Position numbers and translations under genes: made by a program. 64,000 bases of DNA from Mobula hypostoma (taxonomy: Eukaryota). Shown here piece after piece: positions 1 to 13,230 of this stretch; positions within the stretch are counted from its first letter, which is position 1; every line of letters starts with the position of its first letter. The notes beneath the pieces are model-generated. The model had not been told where the DNA came from and made no database searches. It saw only the letters and a program-made list of their open reading frames with translations. The DNA lies in contig NC_086108.1 in the NCBI RefSeq assembly GCF_963921235.1, positions 32,738,001 to 32,802,000 of the forward strand, written 5' to 3'.

Positions 1-1152
1 TTCCCAGTAATTTTTGCTTTGTTGTATGCCCTTTCTTTTGCTTTTACAATAGCTCTGACTTCCCTTGTCAGCCACGATTGTACTACTTTACCATTTGAGT
101 ATTTCTTCATTTTTGGAATACGCATGTCCTGCACCTTACTCATTTTTCCCAGAAACACACACCATTGCAGTTCTGCTGACATCCCTGTCAGCAGCTCCTT
201 CCAATTTACTTTGGCCAACTCCCCTCTCACACTGTAATTTCCGTTACTCCACTGAAATACTGCTACATCAGACTTTACTTTCTCCCTATCAAATTTCAAA
301 TTGTACCCAATCATATTGTGATCGCTGGTTCCTAAGGGTTCTTTTACCTTAAGCTCCCTATCGTCTCCAGATCATTACATAACACCCAATCCAAACTGGA
401 TTGACAAACTGCTCTGAAAAGCTATCTCTTAGGCATTCAACAAACTCACTCTCTTGAAATCCATTACCAACCTGATTTTTCCCAATCGACCTGCATGTTA
501 AAGTCTCCCATGATTACCATAACATTGCCCTTTTGACTTGCCTTTTCTGTTTCCTTTTGTAACCTGTGGTCCACCTCCCAGCCACTGTTGGGAGGTCTGT
601 AAACAACTGCCAACAACGTCCTTTTACCCTTGCAGTTTCTTAACTCAACTCACAAGGATCAAAACATCCTCCAATCCTATGTCACATTCTTCTACCGATA
701 TGACAACATTCTTTACCAGCAGAGCCACACCAACCCCTCTGCCTACCTTCCTGTCCCTATGATATAACGTGTAGCCTTGGACATTTAGCTCCCAACTACA
801 ACCATCCTTCAGTCCTAATTCAATGATGGCCACAACATCATACCTGACAAGCTGTAATATTGCAACAAGATCATCCACCTTATTTCTTATACCAAGTGCA
901 TTTAGATACAACACCTTGAGTACCATATTTGCCGACCTTTCTGATTCTATATCCCTAATGATTTGATACTCAGCCTGTTGGCTACAACTAAGTCCCATCA
1001 CCTGCCTGCACTTCCTAACAGTCTGACTGCACACTACCTTTACTTTTTTACCATCCATCCTATCCTGAGTCCCTTCACTCTGGTTCCCACCCCCCTGCAA
1101 AATTAGTTTAAACCCTCCCCAACAGCTCTAACAAACCTGCCCGTGAGAATAT
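1..1152 (-). mobile_element. CR1-clade LINE, 5'-truncated, ORF2 endonuclease region; continues beyond the window
   Basis: ORF 645-1100: LKVLYLNA..IRNK..DVVAI.E..L APE motifs; similar to 32340-34110. Confidence 0.9.
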
Positions 1153-1366
1153 AGTCAGGAAAAGGAAAATAGTTAGACAGTCATTACCAAGCAGAGTTTT
1201 CAGAGATGGGGTCAAGATGCAGGAAAGCGATAATTTCAACATTACTGACTTAAATAATATTACTTTCTCTTTCCAGAATTCTGGATTATTTCAATGACCC
1301 ACAGAATACACTATTAAGTACCTTGTTTAGACTGACCAGATCTTTGCACATCTTCTGTGTTGATTA

Positions 1367-2101
1367 CAGGTATCTCCCACTTTTCGAAAGTTTGCTTTAC
1401 GCCACTTCGCTTTTACGAAAAACCTACATTAGTAGCTGTTTTCGCTAACTGAAAGAAATCCGAAGAGGATTTTCGCTTTTACAAAAAAAGGCGAAAAGCG
1501 AAAATAGCGTTCAGTGTTTGTTTTGCAGCAAGCCGTTATAGAGGCAGCGCGCACCCCGAGCAGCGAGAGTGGCGCCGCCAAGCGCCTTCCCCGGGAACTA
1601 CACTCAGCATCTCAGCATCAAGCCGCCACAGCTTTGAACTGTGTCTGTGAGCATCTGTGCTTTAATCTTGTGCATCCGTTAGCAAGATGTGTCCTAAGAT
1701 ATCAGAAAAGCCTAAGAGAGCTCGTAAGGGTGTTACGCTTAGCGTAAAACTGGACGTAATTAAGCGTTTCGATCGTGGTGAATGAAATAAAGACATTGTG
1801 CGTGCGTTTCAACCTTCCAGTGTGCTCGCTGTCTTCCTGATTCTGGTAAGTGAAACTACACTGTACATACATTATTTCTACTTTATATAGGCTGTGTATT
1901 CATCATATCATTCCTGCTTTTACTATATGTTACTGTTATTTTAGGTTTTATGTGTTATTTGATAGGTTATTTTTTGGGTCTGGGGACGCTCAAAAATTTT
2001 TCCCATATAAATTATTGGTAATTGCTTCTTCACATTACGCCATTTCGGCTTACGAAAGGTTTCTTAGGAACGGTCTACTTTCGGATAGTGGGGGAAACAT
2101 G
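1367..2101 (+). mobile_element. Non-autonomous Tigger/pogo-type DNA transposon
   Basis: TA flanks, imperfect TIRs CAGGTATCTCCCACTTTTCGAAAG / CTTTCGGATAGTGGGGGAAACATG; CENP-B-like N-terminal remnant MCPKISEKPKRARKGVTLSVKLDVIKRFDRGE* from 1687; absent from the paralogous arm (~22257). Confidence 0.85.
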
Positions 2102-2626
2102 TACCTGTTATGTTTAGAATGTTAATCAGACACTGAAATAATTATATTTTAAACAATTCTAATCACTTCCCCGTTTTGCTTTCACAGGATAGAAACTGGA
2201 TAGAGGCTATTAATGTTATAAATGAGTTTCCATGCATCAGAAACACAAAAATCATGACTAAGACTTCATCTAGCCCAATCTAGCTTCTTGCACAAGTTTG
2301 GATTTGGAACGATTTAGCCATCGTAAGTAGTCTTTTGGTAACAATCTCTGAACAAACCAATGTCTATCTAGGCCCAAAACCTGGCAAGAGTAGAATGTGC
2401 CTACTAATCATTTTCACACTTGTCCACACTGCTCAGTGACTCCCTTGTTTCCCAGCTGAGCCCACTGATGTGTTTCTGAATAGCATTACCGGCTATTGAA
2501 TAAAGGCATAAACACCACAGAATCTTGGGCACTTCTGCATGTTAAATAAAAACCAACAAGATTTAGCGAGCAGGGGAATTCAGTTTAGAAAGGAAAAGGG
2601 GAGCTACGTTTATATTTTCAGATAAG

Positions 2627-3873
2627 CAAATGCTTTGAGAGGCTGGTCAAGGATTACATCCGCAGCATGCTGCTGCCACAGTGGACCTCCTACAAATTGC
2701 CTACCGACACAACCAATCGAGAGACACAATAGCCACAGCTCTACACACCGTCCTTACACATATGGAGAAGGATGCTTATGTGAGAATACTGTTCTTGGAC
2801 TACAGTTCAGCACTCAACACCATAATTCCTTCCAGGCTTGACGAGAAGCTCAGAGACTTCGGCCTTGTGTAGCTGGATCCTGGACTTCCTGTCAGATCGC
2901 CAGCAGGTGGTAAGAGTGGGCTTCCTCAACTCTGCCCCTCTGACCCTCAACACAGGAGCCCCCCAGGGATGTCCTAAGCCCCTTCCTTTACTCTCTGTAT
3001 ACTCATGACTGTGTCATCACCTACAGCTCCAATCTCCCAATTAAATTTGCTGACAATACTACATTGATTGTCCTAATCTCAAATAATAATGAGACAGCCT
3101 ACAGGAAAGAAGTCTCCTCCCTGACACAGTGATGTAAAGAAAACAACCTCTCCCTCAATGTCGCAAAAACAAAGGAGCTGGTTGTGGACTACAAGGAGGA
3201 ATGGAGAAAGGCTGACCCCTATTGACATCAATGGATCGGGGGTTGAAAAGGTGAATAGCTTTATGTTCCTTGGCATCCACATCATCAAGGATCTCACGTG
3301 GTCTGTACATATTGTCTGTGTGGTGAAAACAGCACAACAGTGCCTCTTTCACCTCAGATGGTTGAGGAAGTTTGGCATTAGGCCCCAAATCCTAAGAACT
3401 TTCTACAGGGGCACATCTGAGAGAATCCTGAATAGCTGTATCACTGCCTGGTATGGGAACTGTAACTCCCTCAATCGCAGGGCTCCGAAGAGAGTGGTGC
3501 GGACAGCCCAGCTGAATGTGAACTTCCCACTATCCAGGACGTTTACAAAGACAGGTGTGTAAAATAGGCCTGAACGATCACTGGGGACCCGAGTCACCCC
3601 AGCCACAATCTATTGTAGCTGCTACCATTTGGGAAACAGTACTGCAGCATAAAAGCCAGGACCAACAGGCTCCAGGACAGCTTCTTCCACCAGGCCATCA
3701 GACTGATTAATTCATGCTGATACAATTGTATTTCTATTTTATGTTGACTGTCCTGTTGTACATACTATTTATTACAAATTACTACAAATTGCACATTTAG
3801 ATGGAGACATAACAAAAAGATTTTTACTCCTCATGTATCTGAAGGATGTAAGTAATAAAGTCAATTCAATTCA
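2627..3873 (+). mobile_element. Rex1/Babar-like LINE, 5'-truncated
   Basis: RT remnants (YVRILFLDYSSALNTI, FMFLGIHI), (CAATT)n tail, ATAAG TSD, empty site in paralog at ~20960. Confidence 0.88.
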
Positions 3874-4507
3874 ATAAGTGATCAACTGGTACCTTGCTGG
3901 GCATTCTGGATTTCTTCCCAGGAATAAGAGCGTTATTGGAATCAGCACTAAAATGATAATCACCAATAATTGTGGGCCAACTTTATTATTCTTGCCCTTG
4001 CACCATCAAATGGTTTATAGAATGCTGGAGAATTTTAGACTCCTTACCTCATCTCAGATCCTTCCAGGGCCTTTCTTTGGTTCTGTGATCTCCTTTGGAT
4101 TTGTACTACGAGCACTGTGTTAGCTACCGAATCTTCCTATTTTAGCACATCATCTAGAAAACCCTTCTACAGGGCTCCACTCAGTTTCTTCAACAAAATT
4201 GCTACAAGCCTTTCTGCTCCAGCATTCTGAAAGAAAAGGCCACAAATGGACCCAAACACAAAAAGGCCGTGGAGCCAGTGAAGGTCAGTAAGAATAAGGA
4301 TGCTGGGTGAGTAGGACATTGTGCAAGATATAGTCCCAAGGGCTAGTTTAACTTCATGGAGACGAGAAAACGGGAGTTCAGCAGGAGAGTTTGGAATAGT
4401 TCATCTGGTTGTGGTAGTGATGAGAAGTAATAGGTAACTGTTTCTGCATGAAGTGTGGAGGTGATGTTATATCGTGTAAATAAGTGCTTATTGTGATTCT
4501 GGGGAAA

Positions 4508-5033
4508 CTCGAAAACTTCTACAAATGTACCGCGGAGAGCATACTGACTGGCTGCCACACCGTCTGGTATGCACAAAATCTGAGTAAGTTGCAGAAACTT
4601 GTAAAATTAGTCAGCGCCATCATGTGTACTACCCATCCGTAGTGTCCAAGACATCTTGAAGGAGCAGTGCCTTAGGAAAGTAGCATCTATCATTAAGGAC
4701 CCTCACCACCCAGGATATGCCCACTTCTCATTGTTTCCTTAGGGAAGGAGGTACAGAAGCCTTAAGGAACACACTCAGTGACTCAAGAATAGTTTCTTCC
4801 CCTCTGCCATCAGATTTATAAATTGAATTTGAACCCAAGAACACTACCTCACTACTTTTTTATTTCAGTTTTTTTCCACTGCTTATTTTAATTTAACTAT
4901 TTTATATATATGTGTGTATACACAGACTGTAATTCAGTTTTTTTTCTCTATATTGATCATGTAATTTCTTGTACGGCTGCTGCAAAATGAACACATTTCA
5001 CAACATATGCGGGTGATGTTAAGCCCGATTCTG
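4508..5033 (+). mobile_element. Rex1/Babar-like LINE 3' fragment
   Basis: Similar to the 3' end of the element at 10095-11456; absent from the paralogous arm. Confidence 0.75.
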
Positions 5034-5204
5034 ATACAGCAAACTCCAATCTGCATGAGGAGGTATAGCCTGGTTCACCAGCCAGAACCAAACTAATACC
5101 GAATAGTCTACAGGAAATGCTCAGGAGTGAGTGAGCATACCAATTTGTATGAAATATATTCACTTATTGAGGTACAGTGCAGAATAGAACTTTGCGTTAT
5201 TACT

Positions 5205-5608
5205 CTTGGTGGCCTACAGGGAAGAAGTCATCTTTCTGACACAGCGGTGTCAAGAAAACAACCTCGCCCTCAATGTCACAATAACAAAGAAGCTGGTTGT
5301 GGACGACAGGAGGAATGGAGACAGGCTAACCCCTATTGACATCAATGGATCTGGAGTTGAGAGGGTAAACAGCTTTAAGTTCCTTGGCATCCACCATCAC
5401 CGAGAACCTCACAGATTCTTCCACCAAACCATCAGACTGATTAACTCTCACTGATTTGAGTGTATTCTTTGTTACATTGACTGTTCTATTTATTATAAAT
5501 CATTATAAATTACTATGATTGCATATTGCACATTTAGATGGAGATGTAACGTAAAGATTTTTACTCGTCATGTATGTGAAGGATGTAAGAAATAAAGTTA
5601 ATTCAATT
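5205..5608 (+). mobile_element. Rex1/Babar-like LINE fragment, internally deleted
   Basis: AYREEV..LT..CQENNLALNV..TK.LVVD; same 3' UTR as 2627-3873. Confidence 0.8.
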
Positions 5609-6095
5609 CTTTCTGGATTTCAATTCTCGAGCAAGTCTTGGAAGGCAACAAAGGGAACCTGAATTGGTGAGGTGATGGAACAAGCATGTCATTTCCACTC
5701 TGGTTATAGATGGCATCAAACAGAGTCACCGGGTCATAGAGTCACTGAGGAGCACAACACAGAAACAGGAGCTCACAAGGGGATCATTGTGACTTGCATC
5801 TAGCTGAGAAGCAGAACCTGTGGAGGATTCAGTTCACAAGGGAAGTTGTTGTATCTTTAAACCGTAAGTGAAGATCCAATTGGAATTTACTCTGCTTGCA
5901 TCACCACAGCTTCAGTAACACAGGCTGATTCTAGACACACTGGAGCCAGCTGTACCCAAATCACCCTTCATAGATACATCAATCACTCATGGATTTCTGC
6001 TTAGAGGATGGGCAGTCTTACAACTGATCCCATGCAGAATAAGTTCCAATTTGATACAAACTATAATATTTTTAGAAAACAGATCTAAATATTAC

Positions 6096-6284
6096 CGCAA
6101 ATCGTATGTACTTCAGTAGATCGAAATGTGAAGCATAATGGCGGAAATACTCCAAAATCTTTGAGTGATGCATATAGTTTGGATAATCTTCATGAACTGG
6201 AAAATCACTGTAGCACATCATCTCTTTGGAGGTATTGATGATCAGTGACTTGTAGATGCTAGCTCTCCCATCTGTCACTTCTTC
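6096..6284 (-). CDS. fmo5: FMO5-like monooxygenase exon 3
   Basis: [63 protein letters not shown]; attcag| acceptor, GCG|GTAAT donor; 189 nt, phase 0-0, in frame with the previous exon. Confidence 0.93.
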
Positions 6285-6663
6285 CTGAATAACATTAATA
6301 GAATACATTTATTATGAAGTTATTGTAAAACTGCTAATGCTTTTCTCTCCATCTTCAAAACAGTCCTCCAAAATATTCATAACTTCTTGTACTACATTAA
6401 AGTCACCAATAAGTTGTTCATTTTGAGAATGAAGGATTTTTTGCAGATTTTCATTGTACTTCTGTCACAAAGGAACGGCAAGCAATAGTCTAATTTCTCT
6501 GAGCCACAATAACCAGACTGTTCATGGTGTGACCTATAATCACAGTGTGGCTTGGGTTTTGCTTGGCTTTAGTTCACCTGCAAACTGTTGGCAAATTCGA
6601 ACACAGGAGGCGTCAACATTGCTGACAGATTCCTGTGGACAAAACCAGTTGTTACACTTAGTT

Positions 6664-6866
6664 ACACACATGAAATGCTGGAGGAACTCAGCAGGCCAGG
6701 CAGCACCTAAGGAAAAGAGTAAACAGTTGACGTTATGGGCCGAGACCCTTCATCCAGTAATGTTGACTCAACTCTTTTCCACAGATGCTCCCTGACCTGC
6801 TGAGTTCCTCCAGCATTTTGTGTGTGTTGCTTTGGGTTTTCACTATCTGCAGATTTTCTCCTTTTT
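6664..6866. mobile_element. Fold-back Penelope pLTR-derived mini-element
   Basis: Left arm is the reverse complement of the right arm; 13-bp TSD gttacact(t/c)agtt at 6651-6663 and 6867-6879. Confidence 0.8.
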
Positions 6867-7389
6867 GTTACACTCAGTTGTTGGTCTTCAGTACAGTCCT
6901 GCAGTGTACCACAAACAGACTGAAAATGTCCAGCACATAAAATCAGCTCATTGATCATACAACAAGCAGTACTTGTCCAGTACTTTAATGGACAATTCAC
7001 AGCAGAAAGAATGAACACTGTTATCGGAGAAATAAACGGACAGAACATCAAAATGCATTTATCCAACGTCAATTATTCTTTCTTTTGTAAGGAAAAGCAT
7101 CTATCATTTTTTTCCTTATTGTTTTATCTGATCAGCTTAAATTTTGCTAGTTCTTTGTGGGTTACATACACACAACAATTGGAAATTCCAATTTCAAGGA
7201 AGGTGGAGGGAAGATCTTGATAACATTCATGTTCCCCAGTTTAACTTCTGACTCTGGATCCACAACATGAAGAGAATGTGGCTTGACTTAAACATTTGGT
7301 TTTGCCTCAACAAGTATATATTTCCAATACTTTTAATGTAAGTACAGGGGTGTATGATTTGTGAAGTACTTTGGCAATCTCGGCTTCAG

Positions 7390-7720
7390 TGCGCAGAGAA
7401 GCATCGTGGCCATTGCCTGACAGCAGCGGAGACGTAGGTTCAATCCTGAACTCCGAAATTGTTTGTGTGGAGTTTGCACGTTCTTCCTGTGGGTTCCATG
7501 GGGTTCCTCTCTGTGCTCATTTACTCTCACATCACAAAGGCTGTGAGATTCCTTAGCCATCACAAATTGTCCCTTGTTTGTAGCAAACGGTAGAATCTGA
7601 GTGGAGTTGATGAGAACGTGGGGAGAATAAAAAATGGGAATTGAATGAATGGATGATCGATGGTCACCATTGATTCGTTGGGCCAAAGATCCCGCTTCTG
7701 TGGCGTACCTGTGTAACTCA
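7390..7720 (+). mobile_element. V-SINE/HE1-like SINE
   Basis: B-box-like ggttcaatcc followed by the V-domain-like tgtgtggagtttgcacgttct..gggtttcctc. Confidence 0.7.
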
Positions 7721-8159
7721 GTGCTGTGGACCCCTAGAGTATCAATGTCACCTTCTTATTACTCAGAATCAAGCAAAGTTTACATCCATTGATACTGTAG
7801 GTAGCTAAAGAGGCCAACATGGGAACCTCAGACAGACTGGTGAAGAGGTGACTAAGGGGAGAGCAGATGGGCATGTTGTGAGATGATGCTCTCTTCCTAC
7901 TGCCTACATACCATAAGTCCTCCTTGCACTCCCACTGCATGATTGAGGTCCTCAGTCCCATTCTGAATGGAATGCTATTGGACACCTCAATGTAAATATT
8001 CACCCTAAATTGTCAAACCCAAACAATGAGAATTCCATAGTTTTGGATTGTTATCACAATTGTTCCTCTGACACGTGACAGTGTTACACAATCCTGGAAT
8101 TGTATTCCCTCGTCACAATGAAGCTTCATTGTGAGAGCTGGATAGAGAAGTGGGGGGTC

Positions 8160-8848
8160 AAGTTCGAGAATTACTCAGATATAAAGTTAAAAAATCAAAT
8201 CCACAGTCAATCCAAACCAATCTGAAAACTGTTAGAGCCTGCAATTTACAGTTTGGAGATCATTTAAATGATCCAGTGCTTTACTAGCTCCGAGAGATTC
8301 TGGGAAGCGAGTGCCTACTCAGATGGCCTCGATGCCAAGAAACTTTGGGACAATGTTTGATAAGGAAGGCGAGCACGAGTTTTAGCGTCGACTGTTTGCC
8401 TTTTGATCGCTGCTGGAAAAAGAATCTGTAAGCGGCCTATCGCTGTGTGGCTCGCTGTGGCAGGCAGGTAGGCCTCTCTGCCTCGTGTGGTGTCCCTCTC
8501 TTTCGATGAATGTCAGTGATATTGTAGGATGGTATCGTGGTCCTGCATGTATGGATTGGACTGTTGCGTTTTTGGACTGTGAACTTTTTAGCCTTATGGT
8601 TTTTATACTTTTGTGTTTTTTTAAAAATCACCCATTCCGTTTCTGTTCTGTTGTGCAAGGGGAAAGGGGGTTTGGGGGGGGGGGTGGTGCTTGATGATTG
8701 AAATGCTGTTCTTTTTTGTACTGGGTGGGGTGTGGGTTTGATGTTTCTCTTTGAATGACTTTCATGTTCTTTTTTTCGTGGCGATCTGGAGAAATTCAAA
8801 TTTCAGAGTTTATATGGATACATACTTTGATAATAATTGGACCTTTGG
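8160..8848 (+). mobile_element. Non-autonomous retroelement with Rex-type 3' tail
   Basis: 3' end aatttcagagtttatatggatacatactttgataataa resembles the LINE tail at 54240-54310; no coding remnant; 5' boundary uncertain. Confidence 0.5.
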
Positions 8849-9024
8849 TGGTCTTGAGGTTCATGCTCTTATCATAGCTCCATAAGAGATTAGGGCTCCC
8901 AGGCCTGACATATTACCTGTTTTTCTTTTCACAAATGCTGTCTGATTTGCTGAGTATTTTCTGTTTTTATTGGCAAGGGCTAGCATTGAAACACCAAAAA
9001 ACCTAATAAAACACCCAAACGTAC

Positions 9025-9156
9025 CTGAAAGTTCCAGAGCCCTCCAATGTCATTGCTTCTTTCAAAGCATACGGGCTCCAAGTCTTCATCCAAACAGCAT
9101 TTTATACATGCTAGCCCACTGGCTCCAGCCCCAATGATAGCGACTCGCTTGGCCAT
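9025..9156 (-). CDS. fmo5: FMO5-like flavin-containing monooxygenase, first coding exon (exon 2; exon spans 9025-9162)
   Basis: [44 protein letters not shown] with the FAD-binding GxGxxG motif; acceptor ctttgttag 6 nt before ATG and donor CAG|GTACG; 132 coding nt, typical of vertebrate FMO exon 2. FMO5 subfamily assignment is by recalled similarity only. Confidence 0.93.
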
Positions 9157-10094
9157 CTTCACCTAACAAAGGAAACAGCCAGTAGCTTGACTTAATTTCA
9201 CAAATAAGAATAGATCGGGACACCATATTTATCATGTTCCCCAGATAATCATCCAATTATATATTTACAGCTATATTATACAGTGCAACCACACCATTAT
9301 ACAGCACAGCATGAACTTCGTTAACGGTTGATGAGTTGTGAACTAACCTTTGCTATAACTGCTAGATCCAGCAGTTCATATAACCTTGACCTTTCCCCAT
9401 TCCAGAAAAAGACTCATTTTAAATGATTTTTTTCCTGTTCTTATTCTAAATGCCTGTTTAACATGCTGTTTTAAACAAAACCCTTCATACAAAAATAAAA
9501 TCCAGCTGTCATCTTTATTTTTCTTTGTTCTATTCATTGACAATAAATGTGCAATATTAACTGTGAGATTCTATTTCCATAATGTTAAATCAGACTTTGT
9601 ATCTGACTTCCCTGGAATCTGCACCCTTTTTGAATTCCCAGTGTGATCCAACAGCACACGTTTCCTCTCAGAGGCAGCATGTTAGCAGGTTAATTGACGA
9701 TAGTAATTATCCACAGTGCATACTTGATGGTTAGAATCTGAGGGGCAGCGGTGTTAATGAGAATATGGGGAGAAAAAAAAATGAGATTAATATAGGATTA
9801 TTGACAGCGCATGGCTGATGGTCAGTACAGAATCGATGGGTCAATGGGCCAAAGGGCTTGTCTCTATGCCAACCTGGAGCAATCCCATTCTTCAGTTATT
9901 TACTGGAACACTAACTGTTCACTTCCCCCTCATAGATGCTGTTTGATGAGCTGAGTTTTTCCAGTGTTTAATATATTGGTGCTCGAGTACCATTGGGGGT
10001 CATAAACTGGAAACACAATAATATTCTAAGCAACGGCTGTTTATTCAGTCAAACAATACATGTTCCAAAGTGCTGACATCAAAGCTATAATGTG

Positions 10095-11456
10095 GGCTGC
10101 CTTAATGACCATCGCCCGGTAGCACTCACATCAACAGTGATGAAATGTTTTGAGAGGTTGGTCATGACTAGACTGAACTCCTGCCTCAGCAAGGACCTGG
10201 ACCCATTGCAATTTGCCTATCGCTAAAATAGGTCAATGGCAGACGCAATCTCAATGACTCTCCACACGGCTTTAGACCACCTAGATAACACAAACACCTA
10301 CGTCAGGATGCTGTTCATCGACTATAGCTCAGCATTTAATGCCACCATTCCCACAATCCTGATCAAGAAGTTGCAGAACCTGGGCCTCTGCAATTGGATA
10401 CTCAACTTCCTAACCGGAAGACCACAGTCTATGTAGATTGGTGATAACATATCCTCCTCGCTGACGATCAACACTGGCGCACCTCAGGGGTATGTGCTTA
10501 GCCCACTGCTCTACTCTATATATACACATGACTGTGTGGCTACGCATAGCTCAAATACCATCTACAAATTTTCTGATGATACAGCCATTGTTGGTAGAAT
10601 CTCAGGTGGTGAGGAGAGGGCGTACAGGAGTGAGATATGCCAACTAGTGGAATGGTGCCGCAGCAACAACCTGGCACTCAACGTCAGTAAGACGGAAGAG
10701 CTGATTGTGGACTTCAGGAAGGGTAAGACGAAGAAACACATACCAATTCTCAAAGTGGGATCAGAAGTGGAGAGAGTGAGCAGCTTCAAATTCCTGGGTG
10801 TCAAGATCTCTGAGGATCAAACCTGGTCCCAACATATCAATCTAATTATAAGGAAGGCAAGACAGCAGCTACACTTTATTAGGAGTTTGAAGAGATTTGG
10901 CATGTCAACAAATATACTCAAAAACTTCTATAGTTGTACCATGGAAAGCATCCTGACAGGTTACATCACTGTCTGGTATGGAGGGGCTACTGCACAGGAC
11001 TGAAAGAAGCTGCAGAAGGTTGTAAATCTAGTCAGCTCCATCTTGGGTACTAGCCTACAAAGTACCCCGTTTATCTTCAGGGAGCAGTATCTCAGAAAGG
11101 CAGCGTCCATTATTAAGGACCTCCAGAACCCAGGGCATGCCCTTTTCTCACTGTTACCATCAGGAAGCCTGAAGGCACACACTCAGTGATTCAGGAACAG
11201 CTTTTTCCCCTCTGCCATCTGTTTCCTAAATGAACATTGAAGCTTTGGACACTACCTCATTTTTTTTAATATACAGAATTTCAGTTTCTGCACATTTTAA
11301 AAAATCTATTCAATATATGTAATTGATTTACTTGTTTATTTATTATTATAATTTTTTTTCTCTCTTTGCTAGATTATGTATTGCATTGAACTGCTGCTGC
11401 TAAGTTAACAAATTTCACGTCACATGCCAGTGATAATAAACCTGATTCTGATTCTG
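10095..11456 (+). mobile_element. Rex1/Babar-like LINE, 5'-truncated
   Basis: ORFs 10236-10436 and 10494-11003 ([28 protein letters not shown]); (ATTCTG)n tail. Confidence 0.9.
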
Positions 11457-12089
11457 ATGTTACCTTTCTTTAGTAAAAGCAAACAGCCACACAGGTGGCA
11501 TCATTTTCTACTGATGAAGATGGACATTTAGAGTTCAGCTGAGCACAGCAATCTGGTTTACTGACAGAAAGTCTCTATTGTGGTCTGCGCAAATAAATTT
11601 AGGATTCAACCTGCACTTAATCAGGAAATTTTACTTTACTTGCTTTACCAGACACTTTAGAACAGTTTAGGTGTCAGACAACACTAGGTATGAAATTTAA
11701 TAGGGGTGTGAGAGTAGGCTCGCAGTTCTCTCAATGAACAGCTCACTTCTTAAGAAAACTACACTAAGTCACTGAATCAACATGAGGAATTCTGCAGATG
11801 CTGTGGTCTTGGCCCGAAGCATCAACTGTCGACTAATATGTTGTTCTTTTGTATAATCAAACAATTCATCCTAGTTATAGGAAAAGGAAGTGGCTCGCTG
11901 GTCAGAATGGAAGTGACATTCAGGTTTGTTTATTGTCATATGAGTGCATCAGAGTGCAATGAAGATTCTTGCTTGTGTGAAGCTATTTAATTCCTCATGT
12001 GTCAACTGAAGTTTTCCATAAAAGGGAAAATTGTGCAGTTTCTAGTGCAACTGTTTTAGCTCATTTTGTTCATTATCTCTGAGAGACTG

Positions 12090-12290
12090 GCAATAGGCAA
12101 TAGGTGCAGGAGTAGGCCATTCGGCCCTTCGAGCCATTCACTGTGACCATGGCTGATCATCCACAATTAGTACCCCGTTCCTGCCTTCTCCCCATATCCC
12201 TTGACTCCGCTATCTTTAAGAGCTCTATCTAACTCTTTCTTGAAAGAATCCAGAGAATTGGCCTCCACTGCCTTCTGAGGCAGAGCATTG
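12090..12290 (-). mobile_element. CR1 3'-end fragment
   Basis: Similar to the CR1 3' ends at 29870 and 46145 (aggagtaggccattcggccc). Confidence 0.7.
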
Positions 12291-12682
12291 TACCAAGTTA
12301 AGCTGCTCAGTTATCAGCTGATGCCATTACATGACAGATGATAATCAAAAACTTCTGTATCCTCTGTCAGTGAATGCTGGAATCCCAGAATATTAAATGC
12401 ATTCCCTTTCTCTGTGTAAAATCTTGATATACACTCAGCCTGACTGTTCTCCCACATTATGTTCATATGTAGTGGGTGGAGTAGAAATTGTTAAATGCTT
12501 TACCACCAAAGGCATTTTCTGACAGATAGGCAGAGCTAGATTATAATAATTACCCTACTCTGCTCCATGTAATAACTTGTATTGAGTCACTGTGCCACCA
12601 GCCATGATGTGCACAACGTAGCTTGGTCATGGTGTTAAACAGCACAACCTGCAGCTAATGCACTCTTTTAGTGGCTGAAGAT

Positions 12683-13230
12683 ACACTCAATGGCCACCTT
12701 ATTAGGTACGACTGTACACCAGCTCATTAATGCAAATACCTAATCAGCCTATCATGTGGCAGCAACTTGAAGCATAAAAGCATGCAGACATGGTCAAAAG
12801 GTTCAGTTGTTGTTCAGATCAAACATCAGAATGGGGAAGAAATATGATCTCAGTAACTTTGACTGTGGAATGGGTGTTGGTGCCAGATGGGGTGGTTTGA
12901 GTATCTCAGAAACTGCTGATTTCCTGGAATTTTGACACACAACAGTCTCTAGTGTTTACAGAGAATAGTGTGCAAAACAAAAGCAAAAAAAATCATCCAG
13001 TGAGGAGATGTGGGTGAAAATATCTTGCTCATGAGAGAGGCAGAGGGAAATGGTCAGACTGGTTCAAGCTGACAGTAAGCCGATAGCAAGTCAAATAAAC
13101 ATGGATTACAGCAGTGGTGTGCAGAGCATCCCTGAATGTACAACACATCAAATCTTGAAGTGAATGGGCTACAGCGGCAGAAGACCACGGACATACACTC
13201 AGTGGCCACTTTGCTAGGCGCAGGAGGTAG
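12683..13230 (+). mobile_element. Tc1-like transposon remnant
   Basis: TACACTCA(A/G)TGGCCAC repeat at 12682 and 13194; transposase N-terminal remnant MGKKYDLSNFDCGMGVGARWGGLSISETADFL from 12831. Confidence 0.8.

Larger units (their letters stand above)
1193..5200. repeat. Inverted duplication arm 1 (intron 3 of the minus-strand FMO)
   Basis: Reverse complement of 20140-22451 once the Tigger and two Rex insertions are removed. Confidence 0.92.

Noticed and set aside
3878..4123. Similar ORFs at 3878-4123 (+) and 20703-20945 (-)
   Set aside because: Similarity follows from the inverted duplication; indels shift the frame between copies and there are no clear splice signals.
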